Shown here: positions 12,713-25,400 of the stretch, one piece after another
How the letters are laid out: every line of letters starts with the position of its first letter
Numbering within the stretch: the stretch's first letter is position 1
NCBI GenBank assembly: GCA_028023455.1
Contig: JAQFVV010000009.1
Location: 13,764,001-13,828,000 of the forward strand
Length of the DNA: 64,000 nucleotides
Source: Epiperipatus broadwayi
Lineage: Eukaryota > Animalia > Onychophora
Direction: 5' to 3'
Made by a program: the position numbers and the translations under genes
The notes under the pieces: generated by a model
Databases searched by the model: none
The model's input: the letters and a program-made list of their open reading frames with translations, nothing else
What the model was told of the DNA's origin: nothing

Positions 12713-15474
12713 ATCTGAGAGCACTGCACCTAGATCTTAGAATCTAATGCAACCATCCAGCAGCCACCTTTTTTTGGGTCCAAAATGAAAACACAATAAT
12801 GTTTTCAATTCAAGCTCATTAGCTTATATAGTTGTATAGATCTGAACTCAATTCAGCATCCATACTTTTTGGTGACTTTGGTTCTTTAATAATCACAGTC
12901 ACCATAATCCTATTGGCAGGATTGGTATTAAAGGACTAAACATCACATCATCACCATTCTTTACACTCGCACAAGCTGTTTACACACAGGCTAGGGATTT
13001 TATGCCTTCTTGCATCCATTTATTACTCTGGCTTGCAATATAGAGAGTTTAGCTTCTGTGTAAACAACTTGTGCAAGCATAAAGAATAATCGTCATATAA
13101 TATTCATTAATAAATAGATCATATTTATTTTTTTATTAAATGACAACAAATTTAGTAAGTGAAATTAATAATAAACAATCATAGCAAGATTATTAAGTAA
13201 AAAATATTGGAATTGCTAATTCATTCTTTTTTTATAACTTTTTATTAATTAAGTTCTTTTTATTTCAAATGATTTGAATATTTTTTTATGTGATTTGAAT
13301 ATAGACTGCTTTCAAAACACTAAGAATATTCTACATATTATCTTTTGAATTGGAAAGAATATTGCAAAAATGATTTTGTTTGTGCTTTTAATTATTTTAA
13401 GCTGTTAACTTTACCATTGTATTTTTCTACCTATTTTATTAAAATGCTATAAATTTAAACCATTGACATAAAAATGATTAATAAAGGTAGATTAATACAT
13501 AAATCTGTTCAACAGTGGGTTTTATTTCAAATGACTGCTTTTTTTTTATTATTATAACATTCATTGGTGCTATTGTATAATATGAATAAACATCTATGGT
13601 CAACCAATTATTTTTAAACATTGTCATAAAACTCATCTATTAATTAAGTTAAATGCTTTTACTAAATTATTAAAAACAGTTTATAAATTATATTTGTGGC
13701 CATAATATTTTTCTTGCATTTACTTTAAAAAAAAAAGTGTATCTGAAATGTTTTTTATAACTACAATTATCATTATTTAGTGTCTATTGTGCATTTAAAT
13801 ATATATATATATATGGGGGGGGGGGGCAATAGCTTTATATTAAATGCTGCCACCCAAAACAAATTCTTATAATACAATACAGATATATTTTTGAGACCAG
13901 ATCATCAGTTTAGTTAAGATGAGAACACATTTTTTACAAAGAACATATAAGTAGTAATGCTATATGTACTATCTATTTTGAAAATGTGGTGAATATCAAT
14001 ACAAACAATACTTTATGTAGTAAATCTCCTAATATATTGCACAACAGAGACCTATTTCATCATTTTGTTTAAAATTACCTGGATACATTTTTATCAATCT
14101 TACTTAAAATATATTTATTATAGAAAAAGGAAGTAAAATATGTTTATACTAAGAAATACATGGAGGAAAAAAAACATTGTTTCATTAAATCTTTAAGAAT
14201 TTACACCTTGCAAGTGTTTGAGCTGTAAGAAAACTTCCAGCTATGAAAACGATCTTTCGAAACCTGACAAGATTGTTTACATTGATGATTTATTGTTGCA
14301 TATCATTTCTTTTAATAGTTTATATTATTTAATTATATCAATTCATATTTTAAATATATTTTAATATACATTTAATTGTAATATTGTAGAAGGAACTATT
14401 CTTGACACATGCACTAAAATTGACACACATTGTTTTAAAATCATAATACATTAAACAAAATAATTATTTAAATTTAATTAGTCTAATAATTATATCAAAC
14501 CATTTAGAATATATAGTTTCAGTTATTTCTTGATAATTATAGATTAGCATAATTTAAATAATTAATTTGTTGTTTAGTATATATATTTACTGTAAAATCA
14601 GCATAATAGAAAGTTCTTAAAAATTTTGTTTGAAATTAAATAATAATTTGAAATTTTATATATATAATTAAATTTATTTTTTATTTGAATGTTACATCAG
14701 ATTTTTATATTTATAATATATAATTTCTCATATATTAATTTCTTTGCATAAGTTTCTGTATATATGTATTTATATATATAAATGTTGGACTTATTTTAAT
14801 ATTCTTTCTAAGTTTTGAGTGTAAATGACAATTGAAAAGGTTTACAGCAATTATTGACTTTGTATAGATGCTTACTGAAGTATAGATTAAGTTGATGAAG
14901 ATCATATCTTTAAATTAAGAACTTTAATTATAAGCAATATTAGATAAATTTAGTTGTGACTGTTGCTAACAATTTCAGAGCTTGAATTTTTCATAAATCT
15001 ACTAGTAAGAATTATTACATTATTATTTTTTGAAAAAGTATTGAAAAATAATATAAAAGATCAAAGTTGATATTTTTTTAATATTAATGAATACAATATC
15101 AGACATTAAAGAAAACATTTGGCAGCTAGCTCTTGATATTTTCTAACCTCCTTTTAAATAATCTATAAAATTATCAAAAACTATAATAATTATATTAAAG
15201 TTAATGCTTAAAAAAATAAAAAATTAAACTGTCAAATAGAAATTTTAAAAATGTAAACATGTTCAAATCAAAGAATTTTATTTTAAAATCACTTTATGAT
15301 AAATAAATATTTTACTAAAATTATCCTGGTTTTTTTTTTTAAAAAAAAAAAGAATGGTTGTGTATTAATGGTTTTTATTTGACCTATGTAATCTGATCTT
15401 TCTAAACACTTTATGTTTATGTGACACTTAGATTAAATACACATTTAAGAAGACATAATAGTATATCCATTTGC

Positions 15475-16560
15475 TAAAATAGGCAAAACTCTCTCATACA
15501 GTAGGGCCACTCAAAGCAAGACAGAGAAATTAATGGATGCCAGAAGGCTTGTGCATAAAATTCCTATCTAGTGCCTACTCATCCAATATCCCCAAACTAG
15601 TTTTTGGCTTATGGTCTTCGTCAATGCGGATTCTTGGATCTGAGAGCATGGTACCTAGATCTTAGGATCTAATGCAGCCTTCCAGCAGCCACCTTTTATC
15701 TCTACATAACTACAAAACTATGAGAATAAAATTGGAAAACACACACAAATATTTTCAATCTAAGCTCAATAGCTTATATAGTTATATGGGTCTGAACTCA
15801 GTTCAGCATCCATACATTTTGGTGTCTTTGGTTCTTTTATAACCATAGCCACCACCTTCCTATAAGGCAGGATTGGTATTAAACCTTAAAACATCACTAT
15901 TTTCCATGCTTGCTCATAACTTGTTAAAATAGGCAAAACTCTCTTCATACAGTAGTGCCACTCAAAAGCAAGACAGAATAATCGGTGGATGCCAGAAGGG
16001 TTGTGCATAAAATCCCTATCTAATGCCTACTCATTTACTTATTTTAATGACAGTTATGAGCAAGCATGGGAAATAGTGATCATGTGATGCTTTAAGGTTT
16101 AATACCAATCCTGCCTTATAGGAATGGCTATGGTTAAAAAAGAATCAAAAATACCAAAATGTATGGATGCTGAACTGAGTTCAGACCCATATGACTATAT
16201 AAGCTACTGAGCTTGGATTGAAAAGATTTATGTATTTTCAAATTTTATTCTCATTGTTTTGTAGTTATGTAGAAATAAAAGTTGGTTGCTGGAGGGTTGC
16301 ATTAGATCTTAAGATATAGGTGCAGTGCTCTCAGATCCAAGGCTCTTCACTAATGAAGACCATAAATCAGAAACTAGTTTGGGGATATTGGATGAATAGG
16401 CACTATATAGGAATTTTATGCACAAGCCTTCTGGCATCCATTGATTACTCTGTCTTGCTTTGACTGGCACTACTGTATGGAGAGAGTTTTGCCTATTTTA
16501 ACAACAGTTATGAACAACCATGGGAAATAGTGACCATGTGATGTTTTGAGGTTTTATATC
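15475..16560. mobile_element. Family X array: 1.25 head-to-tail units (15475-16034) followed by 1.1 inverted units (16052-16560)
   Basis: taaaataggcaaaactctc recurs at 15475 and 15925 (450-bp period), and agttatga recurs at 16052 and 16506 on the inverted arm. Both arms carry degenerate hammerhead cores. Confidence 0.9.
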
Positions 16561-18190
16561 CATTTGTTATATTCATGACCTGGATTTCAACTTCAGACTG
16601 GGTGAAACTCAGTGTATCTATTTTTAATTAGAATTTCTAAGAAGTAAATTCATTATAAACTTCATCATCTAACAGTTGACTAACCTAGGGAATAATTTCT
16701 ACTTCATTTTACCTCTTTGGGGACAATTGGAGAGGTATTTAGTCTGCAGTGGACTATTTAAAAACTGTTTTGCCTTATTATTGACTTATTTAAATATATA
16801 CCAGGGACGAAGTGTCCATGTATTGAACAGAATGAATGCTTCCATAGTAAAATTCACTAAAACTTTCTAAAGCTTTAATTAAAATTCAATTTAAAAAATT
16901 TACTTTCACTTTTTTTTGCCACCAGTTGAATTGTTTTTATATACAGAAAAAATGAAATTGACTAATGCAATTCCATAGATTATAAAAAGTTCAAACAATG
17001 CTAAGATCTAATTTACTGTTAAAACTTTTAAGAATGTTAAAAGGATTTGGAAGATAAAAATATATTGATAATATGTTTATTCTCTGGTTTACAGCTAAGA
17101 GAATTTCAGTTTTTCTAGAAGTGTGCAATATATATACATTAGGCACTATTACATAAAAATTGATGTGACAAGTGAAATAAAAACATTATAAAAAAAGAAG
17201 TATGCTTCTATTCCTAAAAAAAAGTCACACTTCGTCACTGATATATACCTATAATTTATCCTATTATAAGTTGCACATTTATATTGCATTTTATGAAGGA
17301 TATATATATATTGTGCCATGACATTTTGCACTATCCGTATTTTTTTTACAAAAATTACAAAATAAGATGGCCATACAAGGGTGTCACTATGTATATAACC
17401 TAGAACCAGATTGCGAAAACACATTTGACAACCATGGTTATTTGTTTATTTATAAACGGCGATCATTCAATATAATTTTAAAACATAATTTGGGTCAGAT
17501 TTAAATTCTATAAAAGGAATCCTTAACTGCTTAAATAACAATTAAATTAAAACAAACAATTAAGGTTGAATTATTTATTACACTTTTCTTTATTTTTGTA
17601 TTTAACCAAACTATCTCGATCTATTGCACCAACACTTAACTGAAATTTAAAGTTGATTTTATCTTATATGTTTGATATTTGATGTGTGGATGAATGAGGT
17701 GATAGTGTGTGTTGATAATGGATGGTGAGGTTGACATATGGTGAATGAGATTATTGGGAGGGTTATGATCAGTAGAATAAATCCATCAACGGTAGATTAA
17801 GGATTGAGTAGTATGAAAATAATTATGTAGGATAGTGTGGGTAATTTATGTTGTTCTAGATAGACAGCCAATGAGATTGGTTATAGAGTATCAGAATTAT
17901 ATATATGTCGAGGAGGATTATGAGTTGGTGGATGGGTTAATTTTTGTGGGGGGGGGAAGGGGGGACTACATATATTAAAAGTACCAAATAATTATGGAAA
18001 AATATAAACTAGGAATGAAACTCCAGGGTGACTTACTAATAAGAGTGTGCAGGATAGCGACACGCAAACCCTCTCTCACAAATGTTAAATACTATTCAAA
18101 ACCTATTGGCTCTTCTAGATCGAATACACAATCTTTATTTTGATATTTATATATATTGGTAGTATAATAACAAAAAAAAGAATTAAACCA

Positions 18191-18523
18191 CTAAACATCA
18201 CATGATCACTATCTCATACTAGCATATAATTGTTATTAAACAATTCAAAACAAAGCAAAACTCTTCATATAGTAGTGCCATCTTGTGCTAACAAGAGCAA
18301 TCAATGGATGCCAGAAGGCTTGTGCATAAAATCCCTATCTAGTGCCTACTCATCCAAGGCTCTTCACTGATGAAGGCCACAATCCAGAAACTAGTCTGGG
18401 GATATTGGATGAGTAGGCACTAGATAGGGATTTTATGCACAAGCCTTCTGGCATCCATTGATTGCTCTTGTTAGCACAAGATGGCACTACTATATGGAGA
18501 GTTGCTTTGTTTTGAATTGTTTA
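18191..18523. mobile_element. Family X foldback copy
   Basis: Near-perfect inverted arms 18237-18357 and 18405-18523 share copy-specific variants (tcttgtgctaacaagagc). The loop is 18358-18404. Confidence 0.9.
18353..18409 (+). ncRNA. Minimal type I hammerhead ribozyme motif, predicted cleavage after C18396 (GUC)
   Basis: TCCAA-GGC-TCTTCA | CTGATGA | A-GG-CCACAAT-CC-A | GAAA-CTAG-TC | TGGGGA-TA-TTGGA. Conserved core boxes, 6-bp stem I plus 5-bp extension, and palindromic stem III ACTAGT. Confidence 0.75.
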
Positions 18524-18779
18524 AAAAAAAGAATTATTATGAAAATAACAAAAGATATATTGATTAATTTGAGTTAGTAAAATACACATAATTAATAAAC
18601 CCCGTAAAACCCTCTCTATTGTTGAAACTTATTTCTCTTTATAGTTAAGTGAATGTGTTCCATTATTATATTAGGCCATTATACACCAAAAAAAAAAAAA
18701 AAATTCTTAGAGAAAATCGTCATAATTACCCTGATCTGTGTAGTTTCTTGATCCTGAGGGAAAAAGTTATTATATGAAT

Positions 18780-19060
18780 CTTAATCCCATGGTTGGCATG
18801 GATTTTCCATTTTGTCCAATTTCCTTGGCTAGCTCTACATATTTAAATGTCACTATGTCAGCGTTTATGTTGGAAGTTCCAGGTGGTGGTGGAAGGAGAA
18901 TTCCCCCAAGGGGAAAGTTCTGGTGACTCTTAGCCTTCCAACATTCTGTGCACTCTCTAATTTCTTTTGTTTAATTTGTCTTTTCAATATTTTAAACTGT
19001 ATGTGAGTCCGAGCCGAATCAAAACCAAATGGTCAAGCACTATCTCAAGCAAAATACCAA
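18780..19060 (-). pseudogene. Possible fragment of a gypsy integrase zinc-binding region
   Basis: Minus strand reads KEIRECTECWKAKSHQNFPLGGILLPPPPGTSNINADIV, resembling the C-x2-C...K...G...P.....DIV segment of LTR integrases. Short and degenerate. Confidence 0.4.
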
Positions 19061-19888
19061 ATAGTCTAAACAAAAGACTACCCTGTAATTTATAGTTTTC
19101 AGGTCCTTTCAAAGTCTGGATTCACACTTTTATTTTATGTCCTTTTTTGGTCATATTTTGCCTTTAATCCCATAGAAACATTCCAAATCGATGAGCGTAA
19201 TAGATAACAAAAATACCTTCGCTATCAGAAGTCCATACTTTTTTTTCTTTTCCCTCTGTCCCTTTTTCCAAGAATTATTTTAATTTAGAAACAAACAAAA
19301 AAAATTTTATCAAAATTAAATTTCAAGATTTAATTTTAACTGAATAGTTTTCCATAAAAAATGACTTTTATTTCAAAATAATATATACGCACATATATAT
19401 AAATATGAGATGGCAGAAAATACCAGCTCAATATATAAAGAAATAGAACCTTATAGTAATATTGCACTAATAGTAATTTTTATTTTCTTCTGTAAATTAT
19501 TATAATTTAAACTTTTTTTAAAATGAAATTCATAAACAGCACAAATCATGTACTGTTATGGAATTGAATGTTTGTTCTTTCTGTTTAATTTGGTTTCTCA
19601 CCTCAAGAATAATTCATTATATTTTTTTTACTTGGAGTGATTACTGTTTTCTTTAAATATTTCAGTTGTGAAGTATTTTTTAATAATTATGATTTTTGTT
19701 TTTTAATGCATTGAGAAAATACACTTTGAAATTTATTTTTTTTTTAAAAAAAAAAAAGACATCTGTTTATTGCATATCTTTTAACTTAGAGATAAGCTGA
19801 ATTCATCTGAATGTATTTATGTATGTATACATTTATTACCATATATTCATGTTTGTCTATTATAAATAAAGACTGTTATTGTTTGCAG

Positions 19889-19972
19889 GAGCTAATTGGA
19901 AATATGCTGATCCTATTGGAGGTATTGTCATTAGTATATATATTATAGCAAGTTGGTGGTTTACTGGAAGGG
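19889..19972 (+). CDS. Internal coding exon of the same CDF/MTP-like transporter (TM6)
   Basis: Acceptor ttgcag|GA and donor G|gtaag, 84 nt, phase compatible with both neighbours. Translates (G)ANWKYADPIGGIVISIYIIASWWFTGR, matching the DPxGA/G-I TM6 segment of CDFs. Confidence 0.92.
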
Positions 19973-22449
19973 GTAAGAATATTTTATATTTTATTCTTGA
20001 ATTTTCTCATTTGTACTGATGCTTTTATTTTATTTTATATCATTGTTCAAAAAAAAGATTTTAACAAAAAATTAAGAAGTTACAAAGAGTATTTCCAGAA
20101 AGAGAAAAACATTGATTATATAAAGACAAATCTGTACACAGAATAAACATATTATCTTGTAAATAAGTGAATAAATTAGAATAAATGAGGGGAAATGTAG
20201 ATATTTTATAATGTCTTTTCCGAGTATGTGTCTAGAACAAATTATAAATAAATATTATCTACTAAATAAAGATAGAAACATATCTGTTAGGTTTAAAAAA
20301 ATAATAGATACTATTAGAAAATGTTAAAAAAGTAAAAACATCCAATTGTTAATGGTAATTCAAATTGATGTAGAAAGTTAATTAAAGAGAACTAAATTAA
20401 AAGGTAGAGATTATGTTAGTCAAACTACACTTTTAAGTTATCATCATCATCATCTCGTAGCCAATATGCTCAAGTTAAATATAGAACTTTTTGTATTAGA
20501 GATTCAAAAATTATAGTGAAACGTTATTCTATATAAGCTATGGTAGAAAGTATAACTCATTCTAGCATTCTTGAAGATAACTATTTATATTAAACACAAT
20601 GAATAATATCTTATTCAAATTTTTAGTTGTTACTAACTTCAGACTATCATCATGCTAACAGAAATAGAAAAAAAAAATATTACAAGATTGTGTCCAAGCA
20701 ATTGGTTATATGATTGCTTTTGTTCTATGTAGTTTAATACAGTAGTAGAAATTTAGACCCAAAACTTAAAGATCTCTAGATTAATTTTAAAATCGAAAAA
20801 TCTTCTAGTGCATTATATTATATTACTTCCAAGTAACATGAATATTTCTCATAGTTATATTTGATTTTGTCCTCCATATTCACAGCTCAATTAATTATTA
20901 TTTATCATATTCGTTTTTTCTGATAGATGGTGATGTTTGAATACTAAAGTTCCAGGCTGACTAACAATTCCATCCTATTAGCTAAGCAGTTTTTTTTTTT
21001 TGTTTTTCTTATCTGGGAATCAATACAGGATATGTTGGATTTCAAGGTTATCGCTCATCACTGAACTAGTCTGTGGACAGTGATTAACTAGTTATTATTC
21101 TAGACAAAAACTTAATTGAACCAAATAGAAAACAAATAAAGTCTGCAATAATAATTTAAGCATTAATTGACATAAAAATAAATATCATAAAAACTATGCT
21201 AACTTTGAGCAGCCTTGAATATTCATTAATTTTTAAATATCAGTTTAAATTACTAATTTGACATAATTTTTATAGCATGATTTTAGCTGAAAATGAATCT
21301 GCTAAATGTAAAAATATTTGCAATATTCATATTACTATACATACATGTTATAATAAAATTCCATCTATCATCAGCATAATGTGTGTATAGATAAATTATC
21401 ATTTATCTGAATATTATAAATGAAGGCATTTTGTAGAAATAGACAAAGCTTATAAATATTATTTAGCTTTCTAGTCAAGAATTTAATAAAGTTTCATTTT
21501 TTTTCAATACATAAATTTTGAATGAAATATTGTTGTCCACTATTGAAGAACTTCATTGTACAGTAGTTAAAACATCAGCCTGCCATAATCACAAACTGAG
21601 TGAGTTAATCTTGGAAATTTTTTCAAGTGTAACATTTTTCCTTCAGGTCATTATTCCTCAACTATTTCATGGATAATAATAAAATTAACATAAAGATTTT
21701 TTTTTCTTAATATGGTATTTATAGTTTTACTAATGCAAGTTGATTTTCCACATGAATAAGCATTTATCATTAGATTTTTTTAAGTTGATATCTTAAAAGA
21801 TTTTTTTAAGTTTCAATTCAGTGAATAACTAGATAGCACTTTTTGACCATTATGAATTCTTTAACATATTTAAACTTTATCATTAGAAGAATATAACTTC
21901 GTAAATCATGTAAACTTTTTGATTTGCATCCTATTTCAATGTTCAAAAATTTATTATGCCTTAATGGATTTATTTTACTTCAAATAAGAAACGAAAACAT
22001 TTAGTCCTTTTATTGATATCTTAAATCAGTTTGAATATTTTAAGTAATTTATGAATAATAATAATAAATTAATGATAGCTATCTTGTTACTGTATTAAGA
22101 ATAATAATTTACTGTTTTCCCAGAGTTATCTATTATATGCTTGAATATTCAAGGGAGACTAGATTTGTAGAACATGCCCAACCTAGTTTCTAGCTATTGT
22201 TTTTTTTTTTTTTTAAATTGAACTTCCTCATCTTCAATCGTCTTTGTTTCTATTATACTATCCATGTTAAGGATCTGAAATTTTAAGATTTTGAACCAAA
22301 CAACTTTTTTGTATTGTTATATGTCTTATATTTAGGAGAAATTATGTTTTGTTTTAAATCTATGTATTCATAAAAGCAAGTTGATTTAGGTTCAATATTT
22401 TAAGAGTTGGGTGTGTAGATATAATGCAGAAATTTAGATGTGGCATTAC

Positions 22450-25400
22450 TGTAGCAGTCGATCTTAGCCCAAGATCGAGCTCCACTGTTCTACCACTTAA
22501 CCCACTGGTTTTTTCGTCATATTTATATAAACTAGTATATTTCTGAGAAGCGTCTATAAAAGTTTATAAATATAAATCTCAAATAAATATTTTCTTTAAT
22601 TTTAAACATTGACTTTTATGAATGTGACTCAGATATATACATATATTAACGGAGCTTTTATATATATAAAAGCACAAACAAATCTTTTAAATAATTTTGT
22701 ATTTTTATTCTTAATTATATGTCATTTGTTTTATAAATATTTTCTTCATATAAGTACACAAAATATTCAAGATGGAAGATGGCTGTCCAAGAATAATTAA
22801 AGGGGTGGGATTCATGATTTTAAAAAGAATTTTTTAACTAAAGTTAATGAAAGTAAAATTTAAAAACAAAGCTAATTGATTTTAATTAGAGATTAACATT
22901 TTTTATCAAATCTATTTCCAATCTGGAAATTGATTTGAAATTATTTTTGGACAATTATCTAACGATTCCATCTCCACTACCAATAGCTAAAATATTTCTG
23001 TTAATTGAAGATAAGTTTTAATTAAAAAAACATTATTTGAACACCTTAGAGTTTTGTATAAATAGGGCCAAAAATTTATTGTGCCAGAGAGAGAGAGAGA
23101 GTTAGGTCAATAGTCTTTAAACGACTTGCTGTCTGTGTAATTTTTGAGGGGCTTCAGAGGCCTTCCTCTCCGTCTTCGGCTCCAATCTTCGCCGTGCATG
23201 ATGTAGCTTCTACAATTCAAGTGTTCCCGTGCCGTCCAAGAACCGCCGAGGCCAAGAGACATGTCAAAGAATGCCGTCTGCCATACAAAATTTGTCTGTA
23301 TTCCCTAGAATGCTCAGGTAACCAGCCCAAAGTCATTATAATCATATTACCTAAATTATAATTTGTAAACTCTCTTTAAATTAATGTTTTCTGTATATTT
23401 AATCTCTTTAACTCGCTCATCGGCGAGTACATTAAAACTAATAATTATTTCTTTTCTTTATATCGATTCTCTATAACATAAATTAATGCTACTATAAAAC
23501 ACTTCGTTCAACTCACGCTTCTTGCTTTCTTTTATAAATTAGTGCGGTTATAATTTACTTTAACTGATATTTTTATATTTTTCACTAAACTTTTATTTTT
23601 AAATGCAAATCAAACCCGGTTTTACGAACTAAAGGGGTGGGGGTAATGACTTCTTATTTATTTATTTCTAAATAGTTCGTAAGTCTGAGTTTTTCTTGTA
23701 AAATGAATATATGTTTTTTTCATTTAAAATATTATACCGTAAAATTATACCAAATGTATAAATATTTTTCAATCTGGGATGGATTTTGGTATACGTTAGT
23801 TTTATTAAGTTCTTTATTCATCAGCATCGCCAAAAAGACTGGTGAACAAATTCTATTTTGTTGTTCGCACTTTTAAGTGCACAAATTTTAGTTTATATAT
23901 GTTAAACAAAATAATGATTCAAGAAAGGGGAGAAATGTAAACTTCATCAATTGTAGTTTTAACTTTTAATCAATGATTTTATCTCACAGGGATCATTATT
24001 TTAACATGTCATTACGTATTTGTTAAACTATTTAAGGCTTTATATTTAGTCTTTAAGTCCAATGATTTTATATTATAATAGTGTTGTTAGCATAGGCCAC
24101 TCTTCATGTTAAGCTTTATCTAGAGACATGCGTCAGAACGCCCGAGTCGTCTCATCTTCGTTTCAGGTCGTAAACAGGTCGATGAATGTCCCTAGACCAC
24201 ATCTATATATATATACTCGCGTAACGAGAGCAATGCATGGGATAATTCCGACAAAGTTCGGCCCAGTGCATCTCCGTCCGAGGACCTTTTGTCAACCGAT
24301 TCCACAAAATGTAGGGTGGCAAGTCGGCTAGACTGTTTTTCTTCCATAATACGATAAAGCACCTCCAAATATTGGATCCGCAAATATTTGGCTATTATGC
24401 TAACACCGCAGTTTCCCTATAGTTCGTTTTTCTTTTAGCCTGTTTGACAAAATAAAACTAATGATATGTAATAATGAAACGTTTTCTCTTTGTAATATTT
24501 TTAGTTGGAGTTTAAATCCAACCTCTCATGAAGCTGCCCTCCCCTTTATTGAATAAGCCATTCGCCGTATTAACAAAGTTTCGCTATATTCTTATTCTTA
24601 AATGTCGAAAATGTAAAATAAATAAATGTTTTTAAGTATATTTTGATCACAAAGTATACTCATTTTAGTGTTGTAAATAAAGTTCATAAATGAAAATATG
24701 TATCCAATGCCAAGGGCATTATATTCAAGTCCTATAATCAGCGAAACTCTTATTATTATATTTTTACATCTATTTCTAAATGTATAAACGTCTACCAGTC
24801 ATCCAGATAAATTTATTTTTGTACATTGAATAAAATCCTATTTGAAATATACGTCAGTATTGTAATCGCCGCACTAAATTGATATCTATTGAAATAAAAT
24901 AATTGTAAAAGATCATCAAATATTTGTAACCAAAATTAAAGTTTTAAATGCGTGAGTTGAATCTAAATAAAATCTTGAATTTTTGTCAAAATAAATATTT
25001 ATATATTTTTAAACTTAATTCAGTTGTTCGAATCTCCTTAATATTTATATTTATGTATTTTAAACTTAATATCTTGGGTTCACTCGATCCTCATCATCAT
25101 CATCAGCTGAGTCTTATGCAAAACGATGTAGCACCGGGCCCAGAAATAATTAATTTATGTGGTATCACCGTAGAGTGTTGTCTGTAGTGTTATAGATTTG
25201 GGGAATGGGCAAATAGGTTAGAATTCATGATTGCTCCTGAACCTGTGTATCTCGGGCATGATTGGATTCGGGGTACTTTTGCTTAGATTCCAAATCTTGT
25301 TGAATGGACATACATTTTCGACTGGTACAGTAGATTTTTTTTTCTTGGATTTTTTTTTTTTTAAGTTTAAAATAACACCTGTCAGCAAATTTATATGAGG

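Larger units (their letters stand above)
10897..13090 (-). mobile_element. Copy of the 450-bp hammerhead repeat (family X), split by a LINE and ending in a foldback
   Basis: 10897-11002 and about 12663-12993 are consecutive parts of the unit seen at 15475-15924. 12994-13090 is an inverted copy of the unit head. Strand is given as the hammerhead-bearing strand. Confidence 0.85.

Noticed and set aside
13880-13925. Minus-strand CTGATGA...AAAATATATC as a hammerhead
   Set aside because: G12 is absent and there is no convincing stem I or stem II.
17376-17392. Tc1/mariner-like TIR (tacaagggtgtcac)
   Set aside because: No matching second end or TA-flanked partner was found.
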